Shown: positions 8,764 to 18,680 of the stretch, piece after piece
Numbering within the stretch: position 1 is the stretch's first letter
How the letters are laid out: each line of letters opens with the position of its first letter
Virus record (IMG/VR): IMGVR_UViG_3300020397_000515
Span: 1 to 33,709 of that record
Reading direction: 5' to 3' (one strand)
Length of the DNA stretch: 33,709 bases
DNA from: a virus
Taxonomy: Duplodnaviria; Caudoviricetes
The notes under the pieces: model-generated
Database searches by the model: none
The model's input: the letters and a program-made list of their open reading frames with translations, nothing else
Told to the model about the DNA's origin: nothing
Program-made: the position numbers and the translations under genes

Positions 8764-10418
8764 TGTATAGCATCCACATTAAATTTTTTATAACCAAGCA
8801 AATTTTGATATACGCCTTTAATAATTAAATCATTTGATAAGGCTGGATTACCAAGCGTAGATATTGCGTCAATTGTTGATTGATAAGGTTTATTTACATC
8901 AAAAGTAAATCCTTGAATTTTTCTTTCAAGTTGTGATTTAATATTACCAAGATAAGATATAAGTGATTCTTTCATAATTTTTCTATACGCAAGTTTGTTG
9001 TCATTTATAATGTCATCTGCTTTATCAAGTGTACTATTGAAAGTAATTTCTCTACCAGCTTTGTTTTCTGATCTTTTCCAGGCTTGTAACTTTTGTAATG
9101 CCTGATTATAAAGAAGTTGTATCGATTTTCCAGCAGCAGAATTATCATCTAAATTTTCATTATAATTAAGTTCAACCTTAAACATATTATGCGCTTCTTT
9201 AAAACCATCATTTATTTCTGTTTGTATTCTTTTTAAATAAGTTTTGTAATCACTATCAGATAACTTTTCTGCTTCCTTTTCTAAAGCTGCAACAGTTAAA
9301 AGATTGTTTCTATCAAGTTTATCAAGTAGTTTTATAGACGCTCTATCTGATTTTTTTGTATCACTATTTGTTTTATTTTCTTGAATGCCAAGAAGTTTTT
9401 CAGTTTCATTTAATTTGCTTGTGGTTTCATAATAATTTTGACTTTTTAATATTCTATGTTTTCCAATAGCTGCATTCCTTTTATCTTCATTATCTAAATC
9501 AGCATTTATGATTTCAGCGTAAAGCTTATCATTTTTTTCAATTTGTTCTTTTTCTTCTCTTTCAATTTCTTGTACTCTTTCATCATCAATTTGTTTTGCT
9601 AGTTTTATAACTTTTGCCCTTTTATCAGCTTTGTTGTCTAGCAAAGCTAAAGCATTAGTAATTGCTACATTTGCACTTGGATCGTCAAATATTTCTATAG
9701 CAGCTGCTAAAGCGCTTGGACTTGATTTTAATTTTTTTAGTATCAATCCATCAACTAATATTTCAGCTGTTTTGTCAAAAGCAGCTGCATATTCATTTTG
9801 ATCATAATCACCATTTGTTAAGGCTCGTCTAAGTACGCCAGGATTTTTATCATTAACAGAAAATATTTGTTGATAGCGCTCATTAAACTCACCAAAATTA
9901 TCAGAATCAATTGCACTTTTAACAAGTTCATTTGTGGTATCTGAAATGTTTGCCTTGTTAACTTCACTTATAAGTTTGTTATTTTCTTTTACATATTCAA
10001 GAATATTACTACTAAGTAAATCTTGACCAACACTTAAAAATCTAGCTTTAGATTTATTTGTTGATATATATGGCTCATTTGTAACTGGATTAATTTTAGT
10101 GCCATTAACATACTGTTTTAAAAGAGTTTGCATTTCAGCTTTAGCTTTTAATTCAGCTTTTACTGGATTTTCACTTTTTAAATATTTTTCTTTAATTGAA
10201 TACAATTCAGTATTCATTGCTCTTTTAGCAACATTTACTTCTGTATCTGTTTCAACTTCAAGTTTCCTAAGACCTATGCGTGTTATATCATCTCCAATTT
10301 CTGATATAACTTGACCTTGTTTTGCCATTACAGATGGATTGATTTGTGCAGTTAAAAAACGACCGCCACCACCTTTAGTTGTGAAGGATGTTTGTTGTTT
10401 GTATGTTGGAACTCTCAT
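8760..10418 (-). CDS. Internal virion/ejection protein (gp15-like)
   Basis: 552 aa helical protein, MRVPTY N-terminus, synteny. Confidence 0.65.
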   Translation of the reverse strand: MRVPTYKQQTSFTTKGGGGRFLTAQINPSVMAKQGQVISEIGDDITRIGLRKLEVETDTEVNVAKRAMNTELYSIKEKYLKSENPVKAELKAKAEMQTLLKQYVNGTKINPVTNEPYISTNKSKARFLSVGQDLLSSNILEYVKENNKLISEVNKANISDTTNELVKSAIDSDNFGEFNERYQQIFSVNDKNPGVLRRALTNGDYDQNEYAAAFDKTAEILVDGLILKKLKSSPSALAAAIEIFDDPSANVAITNALALLDNKADKRAKVIKLAKQIDDERVQEIEREEKEQIEKNDKLYAEIINADLDNEDKRNAAIGKHRILKSQNYYETTSKLNETEKLLGIQENKTNSDTKKSDRASIKLLDKLDRNNLLTVAALEKEAEKLSDSDYKTYLKRIQTEINDGFKEAHNMFKVELNYNENLDDNSAAGKSIQLLYNQALQKLQAWKRSENKAGREITFNSTLDKADDIINDNKLAYRKIMKESLISYLGNIKSQLERKIQGFTFDVNKPYQSTIDAISTLGNPALSNDLIIKGVYQNLLGYKKFNVDAIQ

Positions 10419-10892
10419 TTATGATACACTTGCCATAGTTGAAAAAGCTTTTCCAACAGCTGCTGTTTTCATTGCTCTTGCAGTTACTCTTGCTTCATAC
10501 ATAGCAATTCGACCTCTTAGCCTTTCATTAACAGCTGATTCTCTAAAATCACTAGCAGTAAACGCTGCCTGGCGTATACTGTTTTGGGTATCGATTTCAA
10601 AGTTCAAAGCGTTATTTAATAAAACATCTAAAGCTGAACCAGTAATAGCAACATTATTTTTTCTCATTGCCATTGCAGAAGCATCGTTTAGTCCTCTGAA
10701 ATCTTTTCTAAATTTTACTGCATTTCTTGTAGCATCAAATAAAGCAATTTCAGCTTTCTGTTCTGCTACCTTAGCATTTCTTTCAGCAACTTGTTGATTG
10801 TACCTGGCTGCTCTTTTTACACCTTTAGCAGCTTGAAATTGCCCATAGGTCGATACACCAGTTCCTATTGCAGTTAATACTGTAGCTTGCAT
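10419..10892 (-). CDS. Internal virion protein (gp14-like)
   Basis: Hydrophobic Gly/Ala N-terminus, AARYNQQVAERNA, GSALDVL; synteny. Confidence 0.7.
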   Translation of the reverse strand: MQATVLTAIGTGVSTYGQFQAAKGVKRAARYNQQVAERNAKVAEQKAEIALFDATRNAVKFRKDFRGLNDASAMAMRKNNVAITGSALDVLLNNALNFEIDTQNSIRQAAFTASDFRESAVNERLRGRIAMYEARVTARAMKTAAVGKAFSTMASVS

Positions 10893-11332
10893 TAATTCAC
10901 CTTTGCGTATAAAATATGATCTCTTCCATCAGGACAAAATTTCCTGACCATTCCTTCTTCTTGCATTCCTACAAGTTCAATCCATCGTTTAGCTTGTTCC
11001 CAATCTTGTTTGACATAGGCTTGTACTCGATGAAAATTTTTAATATTCATTAATTTATTTAAATATTGTCTTATTGTTTTTGTTATGAGAATTGGATGTT
11101 TATACACCAGCTTAGATCCAATAAACCAAGCTTCACCAACGCCATCCCACATAGGATATATACCTCCACAAGCAACTATTTCTTCATTTATAATACCAGT
11201 AAAACAAAGATCTTGCACTACAACTTCATCCATAAACTGTGATATTTCTATAGCTGGTCTATTGTTTTCACTATTTAAATTACCATCGTAAAGTGTCCTG
11301 GCATGATCACCTTGAAAATCAATAATAATCAT
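10892..11332 (-). CDS. GNAT-fold virion assembly protein (T7 gp13-like)
   Basis: IVACGGIYPMWDGVGEAW...RWIELVGMQEEG motif; follows tail tubular B. Confidence 0.75.
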   Translation of the reverse strand: MIIIDFQGDHARTLYDGNLNSENNRPAIEISQFMDEVVVQDLCFTGIINEEIVACGGIYPMWDGVGEAWFIGSKLVYKHPILITKTIRQYLNKLMNIKNFHRVQAYVKQDWEQAKRWIELVGMQEEGMVRKFCPDGRDHILYAKVN

Positions 11333-13596
11333 TTATCAAATACAGATACTGTTGGGAAAATTGCTAGGATTGTCATAGGCAATGGCTGATCTTGTTGTAT
11401 CACAATCGTTGCATCCTCATCGTATCCACCTCTAAATTCAACAGTTTTATCTCCAGTAAACAATGGAATAGCTGTATCCATATCATCGCCTGAATCTCTA
11501 AAAGGCACAACATCTAATTCACTTGTTGATGTACCTACTTTCAAACCAACAGATCTAAATAATCTTACTGTTACTTCTGATATTCTTTTTACCTTGCCCT
11601 GAGCGCTTCCTAAAGCAGAACCTGAATCAATTCTTAGTGTTTCAACTTTACTTGTAAAAGGTAAACCAATATGCGCTTTAGTGACAGATCTTTGCAAAGT
11701 AATTGCACCTGAACTAACTGTAACATCAGGATGAATAGAGCCATCAGCCAGTACTGAAACTGTTTGTCCTTCCAGGTGATCTAAACCACTTATTGTAGTT
11801 GCAGCTGATCCTGAGTAAGTAAGTCCGCTATCAACAAAAAAAGCATCACTAACACTTGTACCAAAATCAAAGTTTCTCATGCGTTCTACATATCTTTTAG
11901 TAGCGCCACCTATTGTCCTTTTAACAATGATGTAAACTTCATCTTCGTCAAGGTCACCTGGTATAGTTGCAACACTTTCGACAACAGCATTACCTGATCC
12001 AAATGCACCACCAATAATATGTCTATGCCAGGCAACAACTTGTTCTTCTCTTCTATAGGTCATGCAAGCTAACACGCCATCATTTCTTACTGTCCAGGCA
12101 ATACTATCAGGCTCTTGCTGATAAGCAAAACCATTGATACCACCTTCAGTAATATGTTCTGCAAGTATGGTCATGTCAGGTGCTACATAACTATCAGATT
12201 GATTACTAAAAATTAATTCTCTTAATTTTCTTTTTGCTCTTTGTAAAAACAATGTCGCATTGCCTACTTGCAAAGGCTGGATATTTGCAGATCCATATGT
12301 CGTTTGTTGTTTAATCTGTGTGTTATCAGGCTTCAATGGCTCGTCAAAACCTGATGCCCTAACTATAAATTCACCACCGCTTGTACCAACAATAAGCTGC
12401 CGCCCTGACGCCAGGTATCTAATAACATTAACTTCATTTGAACCAATTGTGTAAACCAAACCATCATCAGCATTTGTGCCACGCTCAAAGTTTTCAAAGT
12501 CACCACTTTGAGAAAAGAATATTGTTTGTGGTTGATGACTTGTTCCAGCAAATACTAAACGCTGTTCATAAAAAGCAACAGCTGCTGGGAATCCAGTTGT
12601 ATTAGAAAAAGCACCAAGCGAAAAATTACTATCTGCTATTAATTCACCTTGAAGCGTTTTATTACTTCCAGCACTTTCGTTTGCTAAATCAATACCTGGC
12701 GCCATAGTAAGAACAGTATCTGTGACATCTACAATTAAACGACCTGATCCATTATTACTTGAAGAACTACTAATAGTAATTTTCATACCATTTTCAAAAC
12801 CCTGGGTAATAAAGTTACCAGCGCTATCTTCTATTCTATCATTATGTTCTAAACCAGTACTGTCAGGATCTCCTTCATGAAAAGATATTGTGCTTGCAGT
12901 ATACGAAGGCATCAATTCTGCTCTACCATCTTCTAACTCTTGAACAGTTGCTGTAACAGATGTAGCGCTACCAAATGCAGTTATTTTAGCAAAACCTTTA
13001 TGCAACTTTACAAGACGCCCTACGTCAGTAGACACAAAAGTATTTGCACTTGCTGTAATTGTTACAGAACCAGTTCTAGCATTTGCAGTTAAAGTTGTAG
13101 TAGTTAGATTTGTATCTAACATTGCACCACGCTGAAGATTAACTTCACTAACTGTCCAGGCAGTATGCGCTGTCCTGGTTATTTTTCTTGGTGCATGATC
13201 AGGATGCGCTATGTACATAACGTCAGCTGTCTGAGCAAACTTAATGTCATCAAGCTGCGCTGTTGTATAAGGTGTTGCAAATTCAACTGGGTTACCACCT
13301 GAAACAACAATACCTCCATCCTTATAAACTCTAAAATACTGATTGCCAAATTCTAGGATGTAAGCTTGTTCAACATTAAATTGAAAAGGTATAAGTCTTG
13401 TTTTAGCTGAACTTGTTTTGACCTCTCTAATAAATTGTGTGCCAGGGCGCCTGGTTAGTCCGCCATGAGGTTGCACTAAAAAATTTTCAATAAACTGTGC
13501 GCCATTATCATAACGACCTAAATCAGTACGACCAGTTAGTCTTGGCGATAATTCACCAGCTGTAAAATTCTGCTTGGCTGTTGTGACTTTAGCCAT
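11329..13596 (-). CDS. Tail tubular protein B (nozzle)
   Basis: NFTAGELSP, GGLTRRPGT, FPAAVAFYEQRLVFAG, VVAWHRH motifs; 755 aa. Confidence 0.9.
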   Translation of the reverse strand: MAKVTTAKQNFTAGELSPRLTGRTDLGRYDNGAQFIENFLVQPHGGLTRRPGTQFIREVKTSSAKTRLIPFQFNVEQAYILEFGNQYFRVYKDGGIVVSGGNPVEFATPYTTAQLDDIKFAQTADVMYIAHPDHAPRKITRTAHTAWTVSEVNLQRGAMLDTNLTTTTLTANARTGSVTITASANTFVSTDVGRLVKLHKGFAKITAFGSATSVTATVQELEDGRAELMPSYTASTISFHEGDPDSTGLEHNDRIEDSAGNFITQGFENGMKITISSSSSNNGSGRLIVDVTDTVLTMAPGIDLANESAGSNKTLQGELIADSNFSLGAFSNTTGFPAAVAFYEQRLVFAGTSHQPQTIFFSQSGDFENFERGTNADDGLVYTIGSNEVNVIRYLASGRQLIVGTSGGEFIVRASGFDEPLKPDNTQIKQQTTYGSANIQPLQVGNATLFLQRAKRKLRELIFSNQSDSYVAPDMTILAEHITEGGINGFAYQQEPDSIAWTVRNDGVLACMTYRREEQVVAWHRHIIGGAFGSGNAVVESVATIPGDLDEDEVYIIVKRTIGGATKRYVERMRNFDFGTSVSDAFFVDSGLTYSGSAATTISGLDHLEGQTVSVLADGSIHPDVTVSSGAITLQRSVTKAHIGLPFTSKVETLRIDSGSALGSAQGKVKRISEVTVRLFRSVGLKVGTSTSELDVVPFRDSGDDMDTAIPLFTGDKTVEFRGGYDEDATIVIQQDQPLPMTILAIFPTVSVFDK

Positions 13597-13597
13597 A

Positions 13598-14188
13598 TTA
13601 CAACCTCGATGCTAGAAAGACATTACTTTCTGCAACTGTAAGACTTGATTCGTTGTTGATTGTTGCTGGTGTTCCTTCGTTAGCATCGACAAATCTAGCT
13701 TCAACAAGTTTTGCTTTATACATCTGATTTAGCTGCACCATTAATGATGCGCTGTTAACCAAAGCATAAGCAATATCAGCTGCAAGTCTAGCAGCTAAAG
13801 CTTCAACAAGAAGCTGATCATATTCATTAGGATCTTCAACTCTTGCCACATAAAGTAATTTTATTTCAGTTGTATTAGCTAAAATTTTTCTGCCTTCAAC
13901 TTTATAAACTAAATCTTGATCTTGCAGCTGTAAAACTCTAAGACAAAATGGATCTGTGGGAAGGGTGAACTGATTAGAAAAATCAAAGTTGGGTGTTTCA
14001 GTATCTGACGCAAGAGTTGCTCTTCTTAGCAAACAATTCCAGGGATGAGATCTAAAAGTTGCATCTCTGACATTTATGTATCTTTGATTACAAATTCTAG
14101 CTGACTTGCTATCCTCAGTTAAAGATAAAATATTTGATGCTCCAATTAAATTTAAAGCTGAATTACATATATCAACAACACTTGCCAT
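13598..14188 (-). CDS. Tail tubular protein A (adaptor)
   Basis: MASVVDICNSALNLIG...HPWNC motif. Confidence 0.9.
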   Translation of the reverse strand: MASVVDICNSALNLIGASNILSLTEDSKSARICNQRYINVRDATFRSHPWNCLLRRATLASDTETPNFDFSNQFTLPTDPFCLRVLQLQDQDLVYKVEGRKILANTTEIKLLYVARVEDPNEYDQLLVEALAARLAADIAYALVNSASLMVQLNQMYKAKLVEARFVDANEGTPATINNESSLTVAESNVFLASRL

Positions 14189-14200
14189 AATAAACCTTTT

Positions 14201-14230
14201 AAAAAAATGGGGCAGTTTTTAGGCTGCCCC
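14201..14230 (-). terminator. Intrinsic terminator after the capsid and decoration genes
   Basis: Minus strand GGGGCAG...CTGCCCC stem followed by A and T7. Confidence 0.85.
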
Positions 14231-14242
14231 TGGAGGAGAGGA

Positions 14243-14704
14243 TTAATCTAATGCGTAAAGCATAGTTAATTCGATAGTACCAGTAGCACTTGCACCAGCT
14301 AAGGTGACAGTTACTGGATAACCATCTTGATCAGCATCAATCTCAATTCCTGAGCCTAATGCTAATGTTGCTGCAATATCAGCTTTACCAGCTGAAGCAG
14401 AAGAAGCTGCTGCTTTAAATTCATCTGCATCTAAAGCAACTGCTGTTCCAGCAGCATTGTTGTAGGCTCCATGTCCTACAGCTAAAGTTGTGCTTGAACC
14501 TAATGCGTCATGTGCAAGCGAACCACTTATTATTCTTGCACCATCAGGTAAAACAAACATTTCGATAACATCACCAGCTGAAAGCGATGATGCTTCATAA
14601 ACGCCATGAGCAATACGAACTCTGCCACCTAATTCGTTGGCTTTGTTCTTTGTAGAAGGTACTGCTCTAGCATTGGTTCTTTGAGTAGAAAATACTGTTG
14701 CCAT
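14243..14704 (-). CDS. Putative capsid decoration/minor head protein
   Basis: Ala-rich beta protein directly after the capsid gene with GGAGG RBS. Confidence 0.65.
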   Translation of the reverse strand: MATVFSTQRTNARAVPSTKNKANELGGRVRIAHGVYEASSLSAGDVIEMFVLPDGARIISGSLAHDALGSSTTLAVGHGAYNNAAGTAVALDADEFKAAASSASAGKADIAATLALGSGIEIDADQDGYPVTVTLAGASATGTIELTMLYALD

Positions 14705-14715
14705 TTAAACCTCCC

Positions 14716-15579
14716 TTACTCTGAACACTTAATTTCTATTACTTTTTCTTCTTCCATACGAGTTGCCCCCATGGTCATGCAGTAATAGACTTGTGTTGCG
14801 TATGACTTGTCAGCACGAGTGTCGATCTGAGCATTTGGTTCTTTCCCAAGTGCGACCTTCATCCCATCTTGCGCCCATGCAAAAACTCTTCTATCAGATG
14901 AACCATCTACTGGTAATCTGTTAGAAACAATAAAGGTAAAACCTACAAAACTAGAAATTGTTCCAGTTGCTAAGGCTCTAACAGTATTGAAGTCTGCACT
15001 AGTCACAGTTGTTGAATTTAATAAATCGCTGATCTGTTTTGGAGATACAACGATGTACCTTTGAATAGATGGATCAACTGAGTTCTCATCTAGCTTCTGT
15101 TTTGCTTCAACTAACTTAGCAATTGTAAGTCCAGCTGAACCAGCAGCTATTTGATTACCAGCTGGGAAAGATGTTGTGGTTGCTCCATCCTTACCAGTTT
15201 TTGCGTCACCATGCATTGCTGCAATAATAACATCATCCATCTTTCTGCCCATAGCAGCAGCAGCTGCCCTGGCATAAGTTGATGTAGGATCAATCAATAA
15301 TCTGATTTTATCCTGGTCATCAATCAAAGTCGCATACTCATAATCTGACATTGTGACCATGCGTCTTGAGTGAGGTGTTTCAATCAAAGGGGTGTCGCTG
15401 TTTCTTGTAGTTTTTTCCACAGCGGCAGTTGATCCCACCTGATCGAAGAAAGCTTTCTCACCATTAACAGTTTCAATATCTACTGTATTTCGTAGAAGTG
15501 ATCCCATTTGCTGTGAGAGAAGCTGAACATTCGCTGAAAATTGATTCACGAATGCGGTAGTTATCTGATTCGCAGACAT
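14716..15579 (-). CDS. Major capsid protein
   Basis: AFVNQFSANVQLLSQQMGSLLR, DTPLIETPHSRR, GATRMEEEKV motifs; position after scaffold. Confidence 0.9.
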   Translation of the reverse strand: MSANQITTAFVNQFSANVQLLSQQMGSLLRNTVDIETVNGEKAFFDQVGSTAAVEKTTRNSDTPLIETPHSRRMVTMSDYEYATLIDDQDKIRLLIDPTSTYARAAAAAMGRKMDDVIIAAMHGDAKTGKDGATTTSFPAGNQIAAGSAGLTIAKLVEAKQKLDENSVDPSIQRYIVVSPKQISDLLNSTTVTSADFNTVRALATGTISSFVGFTFIVSNRLPVDGSSDRRVFAWAQDGMKVALGKEPNAQIDTRADKSYATQVYYCMTMGATRMEEEKVIEIKCSE

Positions 15580-15599
15580 AACTTTTCTCCATTAAATTA

Positions 15600-15730
15600 A
15601 GGTTAAATTTTTCTACGAAGGCTATCTGCAAAGCAGACCATCTATTACTAAGGGTAATTACTCCACCTTACTCAAAGGTTTGCGCTGTGGGGCATAAGCT
15701 TATCCACAGATTAACCCATTCCTGGGTGTT
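15600..15730 (-). promoter_or_regulatory. Structured leader upstream of the capsid gene (four hairpins)
   Basis: ACCCA-GGAA-TGGGT, CTGTGG...CCACAG, ACCTT-TGAGT-AAGGT and TCTGC-TTT-GCAGA stems. Confidence 0.55.
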
Positions 15731-15732
15731 CT

Positions 15733-16569
15733 TTATGCAGCTGGAGGACTTAACATCTCTCGAAGCTGTAAAGCTCTTGATACTGACCTACCATGATCAG
15801 GATGATTTTTATCCCAGTAGGCTGTATTGGAAGGAGCCATCAAATCGTTTAGTTCTTTTTGTACATCATCAAGCGCCATGCCTGGTACATTATCTCTTCC
15901 TGAAAAACTATCTTCACCAATTTTTTCTGCCAGGAACTGCCCAACATTTGACATAAATTCAACGATTACTGGGTTGTCACCAATCAAAGTTCCGTCTGAT
16001 AATTTTATTTCACTTATGGCACTATCTTCAGGTGCAAAAGTGTCCAGGACATTATTAGCAAGATCAAACTTTCTTTGATACTCATTTCCCCATTCTGCTT
16101 TTAGCTGGGTATCAATTTCATTTCTTACCTGGTCAATTTGCTCTTCTGTTTGATTTGTAACTGACCCAATGTATTCTCCATATTCTGATAAAATAGAATC
16201 AGCTTGTGTTTGTGTAAGACCATTTTTATGAGCAAGTTCTTTAAAAAAATTTACTCCATCTTCACCAATTGTATCATTAACTTTTAACTCATAACCATCA
16301 GGCGCTTCAGGTCTACCTATTTTTGCATAAAACGCATCCATTTCTTCAGGCGTAGTATACTTTCCAGGTATAGCTACTTTATCTGCGCCTACCATTTTTT
16401 GTGCGTTTATCAATGATTTAGCCATGCCATTGATATCTTTGTATGTGGCAAGACTTGGATCATCTCTTATTGTTTCATCAATGTGATCTCTAAAATTAAA
16501 TTCTGTTGCTTCAGACGCTGCTTGTCCAGTTTCTACTGGGGCATCCGCTACCTGATTTTCTTCAGACAT
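15733..16569 (-). CDS. Capsid scaffolding/assembly protein
   Basis: Acidic; KSLINAQKMVG, GRPEAPDGY, LKAEWG, YWDKNHPDH motifs; lies between portal and capsid. Confidence 0.85.
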   Translation of the reverse strand: MSEENQVADAPVETGQAASEATEFNFRDHIDETIRDDPSLATYKDINGMAKSLINAQKMVGADKVAIPGKYTTPEEMDAFYAKIGRPEAPDGYELKVNDTIGEDGVNFFKELAHKNGLTQTQADSILSEYGEYIGSVTNQTEEQIDQVRNEIDTQLKAEWGNEYQRKFDLANNVLDTFAPEDSAISEIKLSDGTLIGDNPVIVEFMSNVGQFLAEKIGEDSFSGRDNVPGMALDDVQKELNDLMAPSNTAYWDKNHPDHGRSVSRALQLREMLSPPAA

Positions 16570-16786
16570 TTAGTAACTCCTTTATGTTAGTTTGGTTAAG
16601 TTGATTTTTTATAAAGACAACGACAGATCGTTGACCTTCTTTGTATATTGTTTCATCTGAGTTTGGAATGTAAGTTGAGTTTTGAAAGTGAAATCTTTTT
16701 TCTAAATCTTCTAAAACTTTCTTGCCATCATCAGTTGAAAACAAATTTTTATATAAAATTTTAAGCTGCTCAGGATCCATCACCAC
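16562..16786 (-). CDS. Small conserved protein downstream of portal (Bbp19-like)
   Basis: YKNLFSTDDGKKVLEDL...YKEGQRSVV motif. Confidence 0.7.
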   Translation of the reverse strand: MVMDPEQLKILYKNLFSTDDGKKVLEDLEKRFHFQNSTYIPNSDETIYKEGQRSVVVFIKNQLNQTNIKELLNV

Positions 16787-18434
16787 CGCCTATAGCTTGC
16801 AGTAAATCTGCCTGAGTTTCTTCTGATACATCGTCAACCGCTCTTAGACCTGGCGCAGCTTCCCCAGCTGCTTTAGCAAGCATAGCTTGTTGTTGTGCCG
16901 CTGCCATTTGTTCTTGTGCTTTTGCCTTTTGCTCTCGTATACCAGCCACCTCAGATTCCCCACGAACAACACTAGCTGGTACACCAGTAGTTTTGATAAT
17001 ATGTTTCGCAAGTCCATCGATATCCAGGTAATCTGTAACATTAGGATCGATTTGTGTAAGCGGTGTAAGAAATTGAAACAATTCAAGTGAAGCTTGTATA
17101 TCACCTTGTCTTTGTGCCTTGGCTAGTGGTGATACATATTCGATATCTATTTCACTATTCGTCATGCCTTCAGGCGCTGCTTCAAAACCTTTTTTCCTAG
17201 CTATCAAATTAAATATTCTATCGATCAAAGGTCTTAGTAATTCTGATTGTAAACGACCAGTAAGCGGTGCTAACAATCTCATTTTTTCAGTTGATCTTTG
17301 AATAATCTCTGTAGCTGTCATGCCTGGTGTATTTCCCATAACCAGCTGGTCAACATAAAAAGCTGCTCTTATAGCTGTTCTTCTTTGCTCTAGCTGGTTT
17401 TCACCAATAGGATTATTAGCGCCTATGTTGAGCGGCTCAATGCGATCCCTCGTGCCTGATCTATAAAAGTTTAGTCCACCAGGTACTGTTCGTACTGGTA
17501 GAATAAAACCATCGTCAGGAACAAGAAGGGGAGGATGTATCTGCAATTGAGCCGCCTGGATAACAGCTTTTGACATTTCATTTACCATTTTAATATCAGG
17601 TAAACTTGTCATAGCTGGTGATCTGCCATATCCATTTTCGTAAGAAGCTTTTCTGAATCTTGGAACCATGTAAGGAAACTCATCAAATCCACTTTCAGAT
17701 AAAATCTTCTTTTCGTCAGGATCCATGTAAATAGACGCTATAGGTTTATTTTTTGCGTCAATCTTTACTTCATCTCTTTCATACCTGGGCATCACAATAT
17801 GAAGCAGTTCGACCATATCGTAAGGTTCATCGTAACCTTTTTTCTTAATCTTACTGCTTACATTCTCTTCGCCAAACTGATTAATAGCTGCCCTGGCTGG
17901 TAGCTTGAACTCTCTAAATACAGTATCAACTCTACCAAATTCATCTTCTGAAACATAACATTCTGATATGTGCCTGGTTGAAAATCTCAGCTGACCCTCT
18001 TCATCAGTATCGACAAACATAACAGCTGTACCAAAAGTCACCAGGTCAGAATATAATTCATGAATAGCTTCATGAAAATTAGAACGACCTATCTCGACAT
18101 ACATAACGTCAGTTGCTCTTTCCAGCCATTCTTTGGCTATGTCATCAGATTCAAACTGATCGTCAGTATATCTCAAACTAAACCAAGGTGTACCTGAGTT
18201 CGTCAGCATACCATGCATACTAGACGCCATAAGTTCAGCAGCAAAACCAGCTGTGCCATCAAATATACGTTCAGTATTTTTATCACCTGGCGTTCTTTTC
18301 CTGGTGACATTGCCTTTATTAGGAACAACGAAATCCCCAATTTCTTGCCAATGACTTTCCCAGTTACTTCTGTATTGCTTCAAGGCGCTAAACCTTTTCA
18401 TCAATACAGCTGCTCTTTTATCTACTTCAGCCAT
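16770..18434 (-). CDS. Portal (head-tail connector) protein
   Basis: WESHWQEI, YGRSPAM, MTATEI, IEYVSPLAKAQ motifs. Confidence 0.92.
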   Translation of the reverse strand: MAEVDKRAAVLMKRFSALKQYRSNWESHWQEIGDFVVPNKGNVTRKRTPGDKNTERIFDGTAGFAAELMASSMHGMLTNSGTPWFSLRYTDDQFESDDIAKEWLERATDVMYVEIGRSNFHEAIHELYSDLVTFGTAVMFVDTDEEGQLRFSTRHISECYVSEDEFGRVDTVFREFKLPARAAINQFGEENVSSKIKKKGYDEPYDMVELLHIVMPRYERDEVKIDAKNKPIASIYMDPDEKKILSESGFDEFPYMVPRFRKASYENGYGRSPAMTSLPDIKMVNEMSKAVIQAAQLQIHPPLLVPDDGFILPVRTVPGGLNFYRSGTRDRIEPLNIGANNPIGENQLEQRRTAIRAAFYVDQLVMGNTPGMTATEIIQRSTEKMRLLAPLTGRLQSELLRPLIDRIFNLIARKKGFEAAPEGMTNSEIDIEYVSPLAKAQRQGDIQASLELFQFLTPLTQIDPNVTDYLDIDGLAKHIIKTTGVPASVVRGESEVAGIREQKAKAQEQMAAAQQQAMLAKAAGEAAPGLRAVDDVSEETQADLLQAIGGGDGS

Positions 18435-18436
18435 TA

Positions 18437-18679
18437 TCAACCATACATTCCAGGTCTTTTATTCTGACCCAACAAACTAGGTTTTTCTGTTGGTGCTTCT
18501 TCAAGCAACCCTTGCCCACCAGTAACCCTGGCAGCCATCTGACCTTTCTTTCTAGCCTGAGTTGTTTTTACACGCTGCTGCTCTTTAGAACCTTGAGGTG
18601 TAACTGTAGGCTTGATTGGAGGAGGGGGTGGCGGTGGTGGCGGTGGTGGTGGTGGTGAAGGTGATCTTAAAAATCCCAT
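18437..18679 (-). CDS. Small Pro-rich protein between TerL and portal
   Basis: Poly-Pro run; C-terminal KPSLLG; typical position. Confidence 0.7.
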   Translation of the reverse strand: MGFLRSPSPPPPPPPPPPPPPIKPTVTPQGSKEQQRVKTTQARKKGQMAARVTGGQGLLEEAPTEKPSLLGQNKRPGMYG

Positions 18680-18680
18680 A

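Noticed and set aside
15592-15606. CtrA-like TTAA-N7-TTAA upstream of the capsid gene
   Set aside because: Likely by chance in AT-rich DNA and overlaps the RBS-proximal AT tract
2157-18467. Plus-strand ORFs opposite structural genes (e.g. 2157-2549, 4639-5019, 10339-10797, 15687-15956)
   Set aside because: Antisense shadows of well-supported minus-strand genes, with no RBS or motif support
18617-18660. (GGT/GGC)n repeat as a contingency locus or G-quadruplex
   Set aside because: Explained by poly-proline coding
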